A stretch of 64,000 nt of DNA from Andalucia godoyi And28 (Eukaryota; Protista; Jakobida). Of the stretch, positions 51,764 to 62,149 are shown piece by piece (position 1 is the stretch's first letter; the number at the start of each line of letters is the position of its first letter). Under the pieces are notes generated by a model that saw only the letters and a list, made by a program, of their open reading frames with translations, made no database searches and had not been told where the DNA came from. The DNA lies in contig VRVR01000066.1 in the NCBI GenBank assembly GCA_009859145.1, positions 1,419-65,418 of the forward strand. The letters run 5' to 3'. Position numbers and translations under genes: made by a program.

Positions 51764-52276
51764 ATGAGTCGTCCGATGCTTTCTGTTTTGTGCTTTGTGC
51801 TTCTTGGGAGTTTTGCTGTTCCAGCATTTTGTGCCACTCCCTCTGTCGCGGAGCTGATGTCCATCGTGTGCAATCGAACTGCTTGCGGCGGAACTGGATC
51901 TAGCGGCAGTGTCGTCAACTTTGCAGAACGTCCCATCGATTGTTCTGGCTATCTGATGTCGTATGCAGATGTGTCTGTTGACATTTCGACGTACCTCGGA
52001 ACGTTCTCTTCGTCAAACACGACAGTCGGACTCTATTCCTGGAGCGTTGGCAGCGTTCTTGCTCGCAAGCGCGTTGTTCTCGCTTTCAACGATGCTGCAT
52101 ACACGTCTCCGTACTATGCTTATTTCGAATCTGCAAGCGATGCTTCGTCATTTGCGTATTTTTCGGGCGCTCCTTTGTTGAAATGCGCTGGCAGTCCATC
52201 GTCCGATGCCCCTTCATCGTATTTGCACTGGCTGTCAGCTGCGTTGGTCGCAACTTCTTCGTGGTTGTGCACGTAA
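51764..52276 (+). CDS. Putative GPI-anchored small surface protein (~170 aa)
   Basis: ATG at 51764 after a T tract. Signal peptide (MSRPMLSVLCFVLLGSFAVPAFC), four Cys in the mature part and a hydrophobic tail (SSDAPSSYLHWLSAALVATSSWLCT). Confidence 0.75.
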   Translation: MSRPMLSVLCFVLLGSFAVPAFCATPSVAELMSIVCNRTACGGTGSSGSVVNFAERPIDCSGYLMSYADVSVDISTYLGTFSSSNTTVGLYSWSVGSVLARKRVVLAFNDAAYTSPYYAYFESASDASSFAYFSGAPLLKCAGSPSSDAPSSYLHWLSAALVATSSWLCT

Positions 52277-52489
52277 CTCTTTTTTGTGATGTGTTTTTCT
52301 GGTCGTAGTCAAAAGAATACGGCAGCTGCGGATTTTGTTTGTGCTTCGTAAAATAAATCCAAGACTGCCAAACTGGTTACATGCTGTGTTTCTTTCAGTG
52401 TACTTTGAAATAAATCAAACATTGCCAAACAACATCGGTCGCATCTTCTTGTTCTGTTTGTATTTATCATCATTAAATTACGAACGATC

Positions 52490-53257
52490 TCACTGATTGG
52501 CTGAAACATCTCGAACAACAAAACGGTGCTTTTCCATCACTGCACATTCCTTGTCGTGCAAACGAGCCATAATTCTGCGAGCCAAGCTTACCGTCAGAAT
52601 GTCGAGCTTCGCGACATTCGGATGGAGGACGAGACCACCGACAGGATGAAACAATGTCATCCATTTCCATTTCAAGAGGCTCACTTGTTCTTCAATAGTA
52701 GACCAATCGAGATCGTCAACGAACTCTCTTTCCTGTTCCAGAATAGAGCAAATGCATCGACGATACCACGTTTCCTCCATTGCATACTGCCGGGAACAGT
52801 AATGCATAAGATCATCCTTCAGAACGTACTGCGAATCATTCCACCGATACACTGGGAGATCGTCCATTTCGACATCTGTTGCGTCGTGAATGTGCGAATC
52901 AATATTCACAGCCCAAAAATAAAGCACACTCATCAGAAACAGACGATAGTCTGAGAGTGAAGAATCAAGTTTCAAATTGCATCGCTTGATGTGATAGTGC
53001 ACCGTGCTTGGTCGGATACCGTACTGAGCAAGCAAGGCACTGCAAGATTTCGGAAACGATTCGTAGGAACTCCTTTGCAGGACTTCGATGCGAAACTGTT
53101 CGATTGCATGATCGTGAAGAACAGGAACATGTTCGCAAATTTCTTCAATGCCGATAGAAAGAAGAGGCCGTGACTCTGCTTCTTCTTGCTCGATTGAACG
53201 AACGACCGACTGCGAAACAATCGTCGGTGTAATCCGTCTCTTCTGCATGGCGCACAT
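52490..53257 (-). CDS. Hypothetical protein (255 aa)
   Basis: ATG-to-TGA ORF with globular composition; no recognised domain. Confidence 0.6.
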   Translation of the reverse strand: MCAMQKRRITPTIVSQSVVRSIEQEEAESRPLLSIGIEEICEHVPVLHDHAIEQFRIEVLQRSSYESFPKSCSALLAQYGIRPSTVHYHIKRCNLKLDSSLSDYRLFLMSVLYFWAVNIDSHIHDATDVEMDDLPVYRWNDSQYVLKDDLMHYCSRQYAMEETWYRRCICSILEQEREFVDDLDWSTIEEQVSLLKWKWMTLFHPVGGLVLHPNVAKLDILTVSLARRIMARLHDKECAVMEKHRFVVRDVSANQ

Positions 53258-53275
53258 TGCATCAAATTAAAGAAA

Positions 53276-53342
53276 TTTAGACCTGCGGCAAAACACCAGA
53301 AATCTCGAGCATTTTGGAAGTCGGATCTGCCGGAGGTCTAAA
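53276..53342. repeat. Inverted-repeat unit A (15-bp arms, 37-bp spacer)
   Basis: TTTAGACCTGCGGCA at 53276-53290 and TGCCGGAGGTCTAAA at 53328-53342 (one mismatch). Confidence 0.9.
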
Positions 53343-53684
53343 AAACACGAATCCATTCGCAGGTCATGTTCCGAATCAGCAAGGTCTCCGGACTGTCCGA
53401 AGAAAAACCAGACACGAATCGTATTTTCGACATGTCCGAGCGACAGCCCATACGAAAAAGTCGGATTTCGGAATTCCGATCTTTCCTAGCATGACTAAGC
53501 TTAGATAATTGGTTCCAGCATGTCGAACGTCGCATCCTGGAAGCATTGCTCTGACGTTCAGAAGACTGGCAAACTCTCGGCATGTTGATGGGAAGATCAA
53601 CTCACAGACGTGACGAAATGGGACACTTTCAACTGTTTAAAGCGGAAACCGACCAAGATAGCTCTTGTAAATAACACTGACAAC

Positions 53685-53753
53685 TTTTAGACCTCCGGCA
53701 ATCTGAAGCTCACTTCGGAATGACTAGCATGATAATCTGCCGGAGGTCTAAAA
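53685..53753. repeat. Inverted-repeat unit B (16-bp perfect arms, 37-bp spacer)
   Basis: TTTTAGACCTCCGGCA at 53685-53700 and TGCCGGAGGTCTAAAA at 53738-53753. Confidence 0.9.
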
Positions 53754-55076
53754 TTGTTCTGGTTTGTGTTGTCAATTGCTGACGGTTGAAGAAAAGAACA
53801 TACTTGAAATGTGATTTCGACGATGCCAAATTAGAGACAATCGAAACCTGACAGATACAGCGCGATTCTGTGTTCCTCGTAATACAGATGCACCAGCGTT
53901 GAGGGTCCAACCAAGAAATGTCGAACGCAAATGACGAGATAAAACCGACACGAACCTTAAAGCAAACAGAAAACAAAACCATTGTCTCCATCTTTGCGCT
54001 ATGACAAACAAATCAGCGATATTCTTGAAAGTAACAAGTCGATAGCCTGGAGCCCTTTCGAACAGGAAACCGTCAGAGTCCCTCTCTCAAATATGATAGA
54101 ATGACACTCTTGCTCAAACAGATATCACACTCCCTTTCTTTGTTAACCAAATCCAACTGCAGGATCCGTTTAGGAAATTCCAGGATTTCTTTTGTTTGAA
54201 CCGAAATACGATACGGTTCAAAATGCGGACACAGAGAAAAACGAAGAGTCAAACCATTCCAGATACGATCAACTCGACGAGAGAGAATCGAACACAAGCG
54301 AAGTAATCTCCAGAACTGCGCTTAAGCAGCATGAATGATGATTTAAAAGCGCTCATATAAGATTCAACCCAAACATGCATTTAGTATTCGGTGCAATCTG
54401 AGAAAGAACCGTACGGTATAGTAATTCACAAAGACATTTCCCAGCTTTTGTCATATTCCGCGCATGCGGTGTTGCAGCATTTCGCTAGATATCGTATCGT
54501 TTCGACATCAGATCGCACATTCCTCACAGGGAGAAAGGCGATTCGATATTCCTACACACACACATACCAAAGCATCATCATCAAATGGCATTCTAACTAA
54601 TTGACTGAGGTCGAATTCGCAACTTCCAAACACCGTCAACACCCCACTGTTCAAGCTTGGAAACTTTGTTCACCAATGATAGCAGTCAACCGTCGGATAC
54701 CGAAGTATGTTAATCCGTTGAACAATCGTCTAGCACGCGTCAGCACTTACACCAATATGATTGAGATTATAAAACAAAGATTCGCAATTCAAGCCAAGAA
54801 AAGCTGCTCACCCCCAAATGAAGGCCGGGATTGGCGCCCTTTTTTCGAATTTCGGACATTTCCCAGAACTCACTTGAGGTGCGACCCCTTCTGCCGGGTG
54901 TCTGTCCCTCCCGCCTTCTCAATGTCGTCTGCACTCTTGTCATGTGTGTTGTGTAGCAATTTTCTAACAGCCCCTGCTTCCTGTCTTCTTTGTTTTCCTT
55001 TCCAAACACGATAGCAAGCTTTAGATGAGTTTTCTTGACATTCTATTACATTCCTCTCAAGGCTGTTGACAGCAAG

Positions 55077-55982
55077 ATGGCAGTGTCCAAATCCCTTCTT
55101 TTCTTCATTGTTTTCATAATATGCCTTCTGTCTCCTTTAGTTCAGCGTTTGTTCGACCTGGTGTTGGTTTTTGGAGAAACACACATTGTTCGCTGGATAT
55201 TCTTTGTTCTTCTGATTATTGCTGTCTTGAATTGGTTTGCGGATTCGCGTGTTTCGTCAAAATGTGAACAATCTCTTTACAGAGACGTCTTAGAGCGTGC
55301 AAACATTGAAGATGCTCGTAATTTGCTTCAATCCATACAACAATGGAGTCCTTCTATTATTACTCCTTTCGTTCATCGCGATATTTCTGCTCCGACTGTG
55401 TTTCTCGCTTTGTTGCTGACTGACGAAAACGAAGTTCTTACTCGGTTCAAGCTGTATAACCTGATAATTTTCTGTCGAGAATTAAGAAATGTACGCGTAC
55501 GACAAATGGTCTGTGATGATGTGAAAGCCTTTCTGAAAGGAAAAGTGGAGAATTTTACGGTTAATGAGGACTTTCTTTGCATTTTGTTTGCTGGTTTCCA
55601 CATTTTCTGCGGAAGAATGCATTCGTTTCAAGCCGAGATTAGTAACTTCCTTATTGGTCAAGAGGAGGTGCTGTGCCAGTCTTGCTATGAATATCTTGAT
55701 TCTCTTCGGGTACAACATCTGATCCCCGAAGATGATTACATTCAATTTAGAGAGGAACTGGAAATGGAGCTTGAGACGACCGTTTCTTCTGGGTCAATTG
55801 TAGATACACTTCTGGAAATGCGGCAACGGACTCGTTCCGCTATCCGGATGCATCAGCGATTTCTGCAACTAGAACACCGCGGAAGGCGGCAACCAGTTTA
55901 CCCAGTTATAGAGACGAATTCTGGTCACGATTTTGAAGTCCGAATGGATACAATCGAGAAACTCTTGCGTATAGAACAGTAA
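55077..55982 (+). CDS. Membrane-anchored protein, probably the N-terminal part of the downstream lipase gene
   Basis: Two N-terminal hydrophobic helices. Ends at a TAA that is in frame with the lipase ORF starting 3 bp later and lies inside a GTAAGA splice-donor sequence. Confidence 0.65.
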   Translation: MAVSKSLLFFIVFIICLLSPLVQRLFDLVLVFGETHIVRWIFFVLLIIAVLNWFADSRVSSKCEQSLYRDVLERANIEDARNLLQSIQQWSPSIITPFVHRDISAPTVFLALLLTDENEVLTRFKLYNLIIFCRELRNVRVRQMVCDDVKAFLKGKVENFTVNEDFLCILFAGFHIFCGRMHSFQAEISNFLIGQEEVLCQSCYEYLDSLRVQHLIPEDDYIQFREELEMELETTVSSGSIVDTLLEMRQRTRSAIRMHQRFLQLEHRGRRQPVYPVIETNSGHDFEVRMDTIEKLLRIEQ

Positions 55983-55985
55983 GAA

Positions 55986-57080
55986 TTGTCGAATTTAGAA
56001 GACGCCGCGGTCTTGGCCAGCGCATCTTATAACACAGACGATCTTTGTTCAAATGTCTTCTTCTTGAACGTCTTGCTTCCTCTTGAGTATTGCTCCTTCG
56101 ATGAGTATCGCGCAGCACGTCGTTCATTGAGCTGGAACGCAAGCTTTCATTTCGATAACGTCATTCTTGAGACTCTTGATCTTATGCTATTCCAATCAGC
56201 GGACAAGGTACTGGTCATCATTGCATCTACCGAATCTGGGAAGGTTTCCGTTGTCTTTCGGGGCACATCTTCTTTATCAGATTTGTTTCTCTTCGATATT
56301 TGGTTGAACTTGGTCTCCTTGCCCAAAGCTGTTTTCGGAGACTCACTTCGGTACCAAGAATGCATCGCACATTGGGGATTCGTCCGGCATTTTTCTTTAT
56401 ATTGGAAGCGCATCTCTGGGTTTCTTGATTTATTTGAAGAGAAATGGATTCGTCAGGAACGAGAACCACAATCCAGCCACGCCATTGAAATACATGTAGT
56501 GGGCCACAGTCTCGGAGCCGCGACGGCCACTATTACTGCTGCAGCGATTTCACATCGAATAACCCAGAGAGTATACTCTGGCATCGTTCAGTATGGTGGC
56601 GTTCGATTGGTGACCGTCGCTTGTCCGCAAGTGTTCTCTCTTAGATCATGTGCTCTCTTCAACGGTGATCCTTGCATTTTGTGTGTGGCATTTGTTTCCT
56701 TTACGGACCTCATTCCCAGTCTTCCTGGAAAGTTATTCGGTTTCGGTTGCGTAGGATCTCAGAACTATGTGCACACTGGAAGTGCATGGAATTGGTTTGG
56801 TACGATGTTCATCGGACACGGTATTCGTTCCTATATGCATGGCATTAAGAATATCGAGTCGCTTTTGAGTTCAGACAGTCTATTAGGGCCAGCAACTCTC
56901 ATGGACTGGAAATTCTTCAAGAGATCGCTGAGCGCTCGCCACGGTGCGGAAGCTGGTTTTCAGGTCTTACTATCGTATTTATGTGACAAGATGATCAAAG
57001 CGTTTTGGTATTTCGTTGAGTTTACCATTCTTTCCATTCTTGTACTTGTCTTCATTGGATATGAAGCCTCTGTTGATTGA
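55986..57080 (+). CDS. Class 3 lipase (alpha/beta hydrolase) domain with a C-terminal TM helix
   Basis: SVVFRGTSS, AHWGF, nucleophile elbow VVGHSLG, DLIPSLP and GHGIRSY. No ATG before the conserved LASASY helix. Confidence 0.9.
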   Translation: MSNLEDAAVLASASYNTDDLCSNVFFLNVLLPLEYCSFDEYRAARRSLSWNASFHFDNVILETLDLMLFQSADKVLVIIASTESGKVSVVFRGTSSLSDLFLFDIWLNLVSLPKAVFGDSLRYQECIAHWGFVRHFSLYWKRISGFLDLFEEKWIRQEREPQSSHAIEIHVVGHSLGAATATITAAAISHRITQRVYSGIVQYGGVRLVTVACPQVFSLRSCALFNGDPCILCVAFVSFTDLIPSLPGKLFGFGCVGSQNYVHTGSAWNWFGTMFIGHGIRSYMHGIKNIESLLSSDSLLGPATLMDWKFFKRSLSARHGAEAGFQVLLSYLCDKMIKAFWYFVEFTILSILVLVFIGYEASVD

Positions 57081-57149
57081 CTTACTTTGACTTCTTTTCT
57101 CAGTTTGTGCAAGTTTGCAGCAAACCATTTTTCCCAAAGGAGGGGGAAC

Positions 57150-57875
57150 CATGTGCGAGCCTCAAATGCTCGAGTCGTTCGCCGGACCTCTTGCAGCTCG
57201 ACAAACAATCGTTGCCCGTGGAGGGGGCAACGATGCGATCCGATAACATGACACTTGTCGACGACTTTGTTTTTATTAGCATCCTTTTTTGCCCTTCCGT
57301 GTGTCTTCATCTTTACTGCAATATAGTATTTGTCAATTGTTGCAAAGCTCCATACAAAAAGCGAGCGCGCGGGCCGTGTAGCACGATGCAAGCGGCAGTG
57401 GTATACCTGCTGGAGCAGAACGCAGACTTGCTCCATGATCAGACTGCTTCGAATGCAGGAGGGAACGACCCGGAAGCGATGGAGGCCCCAGTCGATTCTG
57501 GAGAGCTCTTTTAGGACCCCAAGTTCGATGGTCCATTCCGCTTGCTTCGACGCCCGAAAGCACTTGACAACGGTGGGGCGCGTCGCATCCATGGTTTCAG
57601 TCGCTAATTTCACATCCCGATGCCATGGACCAGTGCACACTGCACCATTCCAGTCAATTCCAGTCTCGGTGAAATAGCGAGCGAGCTCACAATTGCAGAA
57701 GAGAACGTAGACAACGCTGGTTGCAGGGCTCGATTCCATCCGCACAAGGAATGAGGATCACTGGACAACGAGAAGCAAAGACGTTTCGTACCGTTCTCTT
57801 GAAGAGCAAACGGTGCAGTTTCCAGCAGTTCGTAGTCCCATCCGAACTCTAACGGATCAAAGACACACTGCGGCG
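57150..57875 (-). pseudogene. 3' remnant of a REase-kinase family gene
   Basis: FGWDYELLET...SSAIVSSLAISPRLELTGM, then in a shifted frame VVKCFRASKQAEWTIELGVLKELSRIDWG. These align with GWDYDLFQT...SSAIVSSLRIAHQVELTGM and VVKSFPTSKLADMEVEKSVLVELSTIDWG of 57889..59898. Confidence 0.85.
57833..57848 (+). repeat. 16-bp direct repeat, left copy
   Basis: TAGTCCCATCCGAACT, identical to 62254-62269. Confidence 0.9.
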
Positions 57876-57888
57876 AATCTCCATCCAG

Positions 57889-59898
57889 TTATGGCGCAGG
57901 GAGTTGAGCGAACTGACGATCACTTACAGGTGCGCAAAACTCCTGAATGAGTACTGCCATCGCATTGTCCACACCGCTTCGCTCTTTCAATTCAAAAAGC
58001 GATGGAACCACGTCTCTGAGCTGCTGGAAAAACAAGCGAAGAGGCCCAAGACCCTTCAAAACAGCCGTATCAAGCGAGGCATCCAGTAGATTACCGATGA
58101 TGTCTCTTCGAATCTTAAACAGGTCGTCCTTCGTTCGCACGCGCATATGCGAGTCCTGTTGCAGATTCTTCTTATCAAGGACAATGGCCATTGGCGGTAG
58201 CCATGAAAGCACGTCACCGAATGCAATGTACATGGTGGTCAGAATGGATTGTTGCAGGCAAATCTGCAGTCGCTCGCCATCAGATAGATCTGCCAACGAC
58301 GTCACTACATCCAGCCAATCGGGTGAGAACGCAGAATGGTAGTGGAACTCGTCGTCACTCTTTTGCATGAATGATGCACCGCCCCAGTCGATCAAGCATA
58401 CAGGAAACATAAATTCATGGAGAGGTTCCGTCAGAAGCACGATGTTCTGCGGACAAATGTCCATGTGGTAAATGCCCTTCTCGTGGCAATTCGTCACGAT
58501 AGACGTCAGCTGCAGAAGGAGCTCGGTGCAATACTGAACCATACGGTCCGAAAAACAAGACGAAAGTGGTAAGGGACTTCCCACAGGAGCGGTGCATAGA
58601 ATGCCGCCACGCTCGGACTGCTCGGAGAGCACAAGAGACGGCACCCAATACTTGCGATCACCCCAGTCGATTGTAGAAAGTTCTACTAGTACGCTTTTCT
58701 CGACTTCCATATCTGCAAGTTTCGAAGTTGGGAAGCTCTTCACGACAACTGGCGTCGTTTGATCCACCACGCCTGTTGCAACCTCGACTGCATCCGGCTC
58801 TCCCACATCATGTACAGGTCCACGCTGTAGCATTCCGGTTAACTCAACTTGATGTGCAATTCGTAGTGAAGAAACAATTGCAGACGATGTTGCAGAGACA
58901 ACAGGGGGGGCTTCTCCGTCCCAAGCACACAAAGTATGAGAGTCAAACGACAACAACGTGCACAGTGCGTACAAACTCTCGGTGTTCAGAGCAACGCGGT
59001 CTGTTTGGAAAAGATCATAGTCCCACCCTTTGCGAGTCTGCAGAATGCGCAGATGCAGGAACACCATCGACGTGCGGTTGCACGCAAATCCCCAGTACGA
59101 GCGTCGGCGTATCCCGCACTCTTCGACCATGTGTGCAAAGCGTTGGTACACTTGCCGAATAGCCTCCTCCAACTTCGCGTCCGCATGCTCGCCGCCAGAT
59201 CCTTTAAGCTCTCCGACAACACAAGACTCAAAGTACGTAGGCAATCGTTTCGCAATTCGTCCTCGACAAAACAGCAAATCCACACGCTGAATTAATCCGT
59301 ACAGTGCGCTTCTCGAGAAGTCCACGAGGTGCACATCACCGTGTTTGGAAAGGAACCGAGTGAAAAACAGTCGAAACTGATCTTGCAGCGGTGGTTCGGG
59401 GCAGTTGAGAGGCAAACTTCCAATCGTGTCATTCCACATGGATCGAAAATCGTCCCAGTGCAAAGGAGTGGGAGCGGATGCGAAGAGATGCTGGAGGGAG
59501 ACCTTCGAAGAATGCAATTTTGTGCCGAGACTGCGCGATGACGACCCTACCGCCAACAAATCCTGCGACAATTTGGAGAGGAAATACTTGATATTTGACA
59601 CCTTCTCTGCAGCTTGGGACTTCTTCGCTTGTTCTTCCGACTTCTTTGCTTGTTCTTCGGACTTTTTTGCTTGTTCCTCCGCCTTCTTTGCTTGTTCTTC
59701 AGCAGCAAGTCTTCTTCGATGCTCTTCTTCTTTCTCTTGCCTCTCTCTCTCTTTCTCTTGGCGTTCCTTCTCAAGAGCCAGTAGATTCTCTTGACGTTCC
59801 TTCTCCTTCTCTTTCCGCTCTCTCTCATTTTCTTGGTTCAACTGCTCGATTTTCTGCAGCAGCTTCTGAACCACATCATCTGAATCGGACGAACTCAT
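57889..59898 (-). CDS. Crinkler-like effector architecture: coiled coil, REase (PD-(D/E)XK) domain and atypical kinase
   Basis: Likely ATG at 59898 (MSSSDS). E/K/R/Q coiled coil; RVDLLF...VVGELKG...AIRQV nuclease motifs; kinase VVVKSF, HMDICPQNIV and LIDWGG. Confidence 0.8.
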   Translation of the reverse strand: MSSSDSDDVVQKLLQKIEQLNQENERERKEKEKERQENLLALEKERQEKERERQEKEEEHRRRLAAEEQAKKAEEQAKKSEEQAKKSEEQAKKSQAAEKVSNIKYFLSKLSQDLLAVGSSSRSLGTKLHSSKVSLQHLFASAPTPLHWDDFRSMWNDTIGSLPLNCPEPPLQDQFRLFFTRFLSKHGDVHLVDFSRSALYGLIQRVDLLFCRGRIAKRLPTYFESCVVGELKGSGGEHADAKLEEAIRQVYQRFAHMVEECGIRRRSYWGFACNRTSMVFLHLRILQTRKGWDYDLFQTDRVALNTESLYALCTLLSFDSHTLCAWDGEAPPVVSATSSAIVSSLRIAHQVELTGMLQRGPVHDVGEPDAVEVATGVVDQTTPVVVKSFPTSKLADMEVEKSVLVELSTIDWGDRKYWVPSLVLSEQSERGGILCTAPVGSPLPLSSCFSDRMVQYCTELLLQLTSIVTNCHEKGIYHMDICPQNIVLLTEPLHEFMFPVCLIDWGGASFMQKSDDEFHYHSAFSPDWLDVVTSLADLSDGERLQICLQQSILTTMYIAFGDVLSWLPPMAIVLDKKNLQQDSHMRVRTKDDLFKIRRDIIGNLLDASLDTAVLKGLGPLRLFFQQLRDVVPSLFELKERSGVDNAMAVLIQEFCAPVSDRQFAQLPAP
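59617..59700 (-). repeat. Four 21-bp coding heptad repeats (EEQAKK[A/S])
   Basis: 84 bp = 4 x 21 bp within the coiled-coil region. Confidence 0.9.
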
Positions 59899-60259
59899 GA
59901 TTGACCAGAGAAAACAAAATGATTTGAAACAAAGAAAAGAAGAAAAATGGATGAAGAGAGAGGGCGGAACAAACAAGAAACGGGCAAAAATGTGACAAAT
60001 GCGGAGATTTTCCGACTACCCCGATAGGCATGAGTGCAGGAATTCTAGGACTCACCCTCGTATTTCCTTCTTGGTCGACATATGTCCACCAGCCGCCTCT
60101 TGTTGAACGGTCGCTGTTCCGTCATTTCCTCATGAGACCGACGTGAATTTGACACGTGTATTTCTGCTCCTCGCCTTTCTGTGCTCGGTGTTGTATAAGG
60201 CATTTGTATTCCATTTTCATAAATCTCGTCTGCATCCTCTTTCTCTAGGTTTTCTTAAG

Positions 60260-62059
60260 ATGGATTCCAGTATTTTACGCAAGGCCACTCTTTTCTTTCT
60301 ACAAACAGGCGAGTGGGAGCAGCTTTTGCAAGAGAAGCCTTCCGGCAAGGTTTTGGGAGCGGAGGTTGGTGGCATTTGGAAACAAATTACACAATCACAG
60401 ACCGAATTTGGCTCGCTTAAGTTCAAGGACATCAAGCCGTATTGGGAGACGGAAAAACTGGTTGTTGCACAAGGTCACCATATGTGCTTTGATGTGCGAA
60501 AGTTGCAGACATTCAACAATGTCAACGTACCTTCTGTTTCCACTGACGGTTTGATGGCATTCGCATCCTCCTCTGCATCTTCTGTTTCTGTTCCTGAAAA
60601 TGATACTGCGATCGCCCTTGCAGCACAGGTTGAATGTTTGAAGATCACTTCGATTGAACCCAAAAAGGACCGTGAAAACACCAACGCAGTCGCAAGAGCA
60701 CAAGCGCTGTCTCATTTTTTCGATGATGGGAACAACTCATTCGATGAGGCAGCAAAAATGAAGCACGTTTTGAGCGAATCGGAGCATAACCTTTTACCAT
60801 GTGGGCTTTTGGGTTGTGATCTATCCAAACATGCTGAATCATTGAATGAAATTGGAAATTAATCATCGCGAGCGTATTTGAATACGCGAGACCCTTTCTG
60901 CATGGTGGTGCTAGGTGTTCAAGGCTCTGGAAAATCACATAGTGTGGCAAGCGTTATTGAAAGTTGCATGTTGGACGCTCCGCCGATTTCACGCACTGCG
61001 GATTCTCATCGATGCAGCACGCTCGTTTTTCACTATGACCAAGACCCAGAATATCTTCCAGAGGCTCTTACGCTCATTCGTTCGAATGATGCTCTACCGA
61101 AAGAGTTCGAGTGGCCGACAGTTCCGCAAGCCATTGTACTGGTCTCTCCATCTTTTTACCGTCAGCGCATCGATTTTTACACGAAGCGAGGTTATACTAC
61201 TGCGAATTGTCGAATTGTTCCATTGTTGTTCAAATGGAATTCTCTTTCAGCTGTCGAGTTAAAGTCGCTCATGCAAGTTCGCGAAGGAGACGATATGCCT
61301 CTCTATATGACTGTCTTGCTTGAAAAGCTTCGGACAACCCAACGCGAATGCAAGCAAGAGTCGTTTAATGTTTTCAAAAAGGCACTGTTAAGCAGTGACA
61401 GTAATTTCCAAGCTCAGCAGACTGCACCTCTATTGCAAAGACTAGGTCTTCTCGAATCTCTTCTTGAAGAATCTCCACGCAATAAGAATCTTGCCGTGAA
61501 GGAACTTGATATCGAGGAATTATGGAAGCCTGGATCCAAACTTGCATCACCTCTCGTTGTCGTTGATATGACAGACCCGATGCTATCAGGCGCAGAAGCA
61601 AATGGAATTTTTCATGTTCTTCTGGGAAAGTTCCTTCGCATGGCATCCAGTGCTCAGCATCCCAACAAGTTAGTGGTGTTGGATGAAGCCCACAAGTATC
61701 TGCAAGCAGGAGATGCGCTCACAGGCACCCTTCTCTCAACTGTTCGTCAGATGCGCCATCACGGAGTTCGTATTGCCATTTCGACCCAATCTCCTCGAAC
61801 ACTGCCTCCCGAATTCCTCGAACTCGTCTCTGTGGCTCTCATCCACAAATTTCATTCTCGAGATTGGTTTACGCACTTGGCATCCAAGCTTCCATTGTCG
61901 GAAGACTCTTTTGCAACCATCCTTGCATTGAACACCGGAGAAGCGCTGGTCTTTTCTGCGACCGGATGGCAAGATTGTACTACCACCTCGTTCATTAAGA
62001 AAATGCGCATCCGCCGGAGACTGACTGCAGATGGCGGACGTTCCAAACTGGCGATCTGA
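60260..62059 (+). pseudogene. HerA/FtsK-like P-loop ATPase gene interrupted by one in-frame TAA (60860-60862)
   Basis: ORFs 60143..60862 and 60878..62059 are in the same frame: CGLLGCDLSKHAESLNEIGN*SSRAYLNTRDPFCMVVLGVQGSGKSHS. Walker B LVVLDEAHKYL; RQMRHHGVRIAISTQSP; IHKFHSRDW. Confidence 0.75.
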
Positions 62060-62149
62060 TTCTCTTGTCTGCCCTCCAGGTTTCCGTCGTTTCCACCTTT
62101 GTACTTTGCAGGTTTGAAACAGATCAACAGATTGAGAGTCTGTAAAAGT

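Noticed and set aside
53276-53753. CRISPR-like array (conserved repeats with 37-bp unique spacers)
   Set aside because: Only two units, the repeats are inverted around each spacer rather than direct, there are no cas genes, and the context is eukaryotic.
21130-62059. Endogenous giant virus or Polinton-like element (TOP2, SF2 helicase, FtsK-like ATPase)
   Set aside because: No capsid, family B polymerase, primase or integrase was recognised. The ATPase is longer than, and differs in motifs from, A32-type packaging ATPases. Flanking genes are cellular-type membrane proteins.
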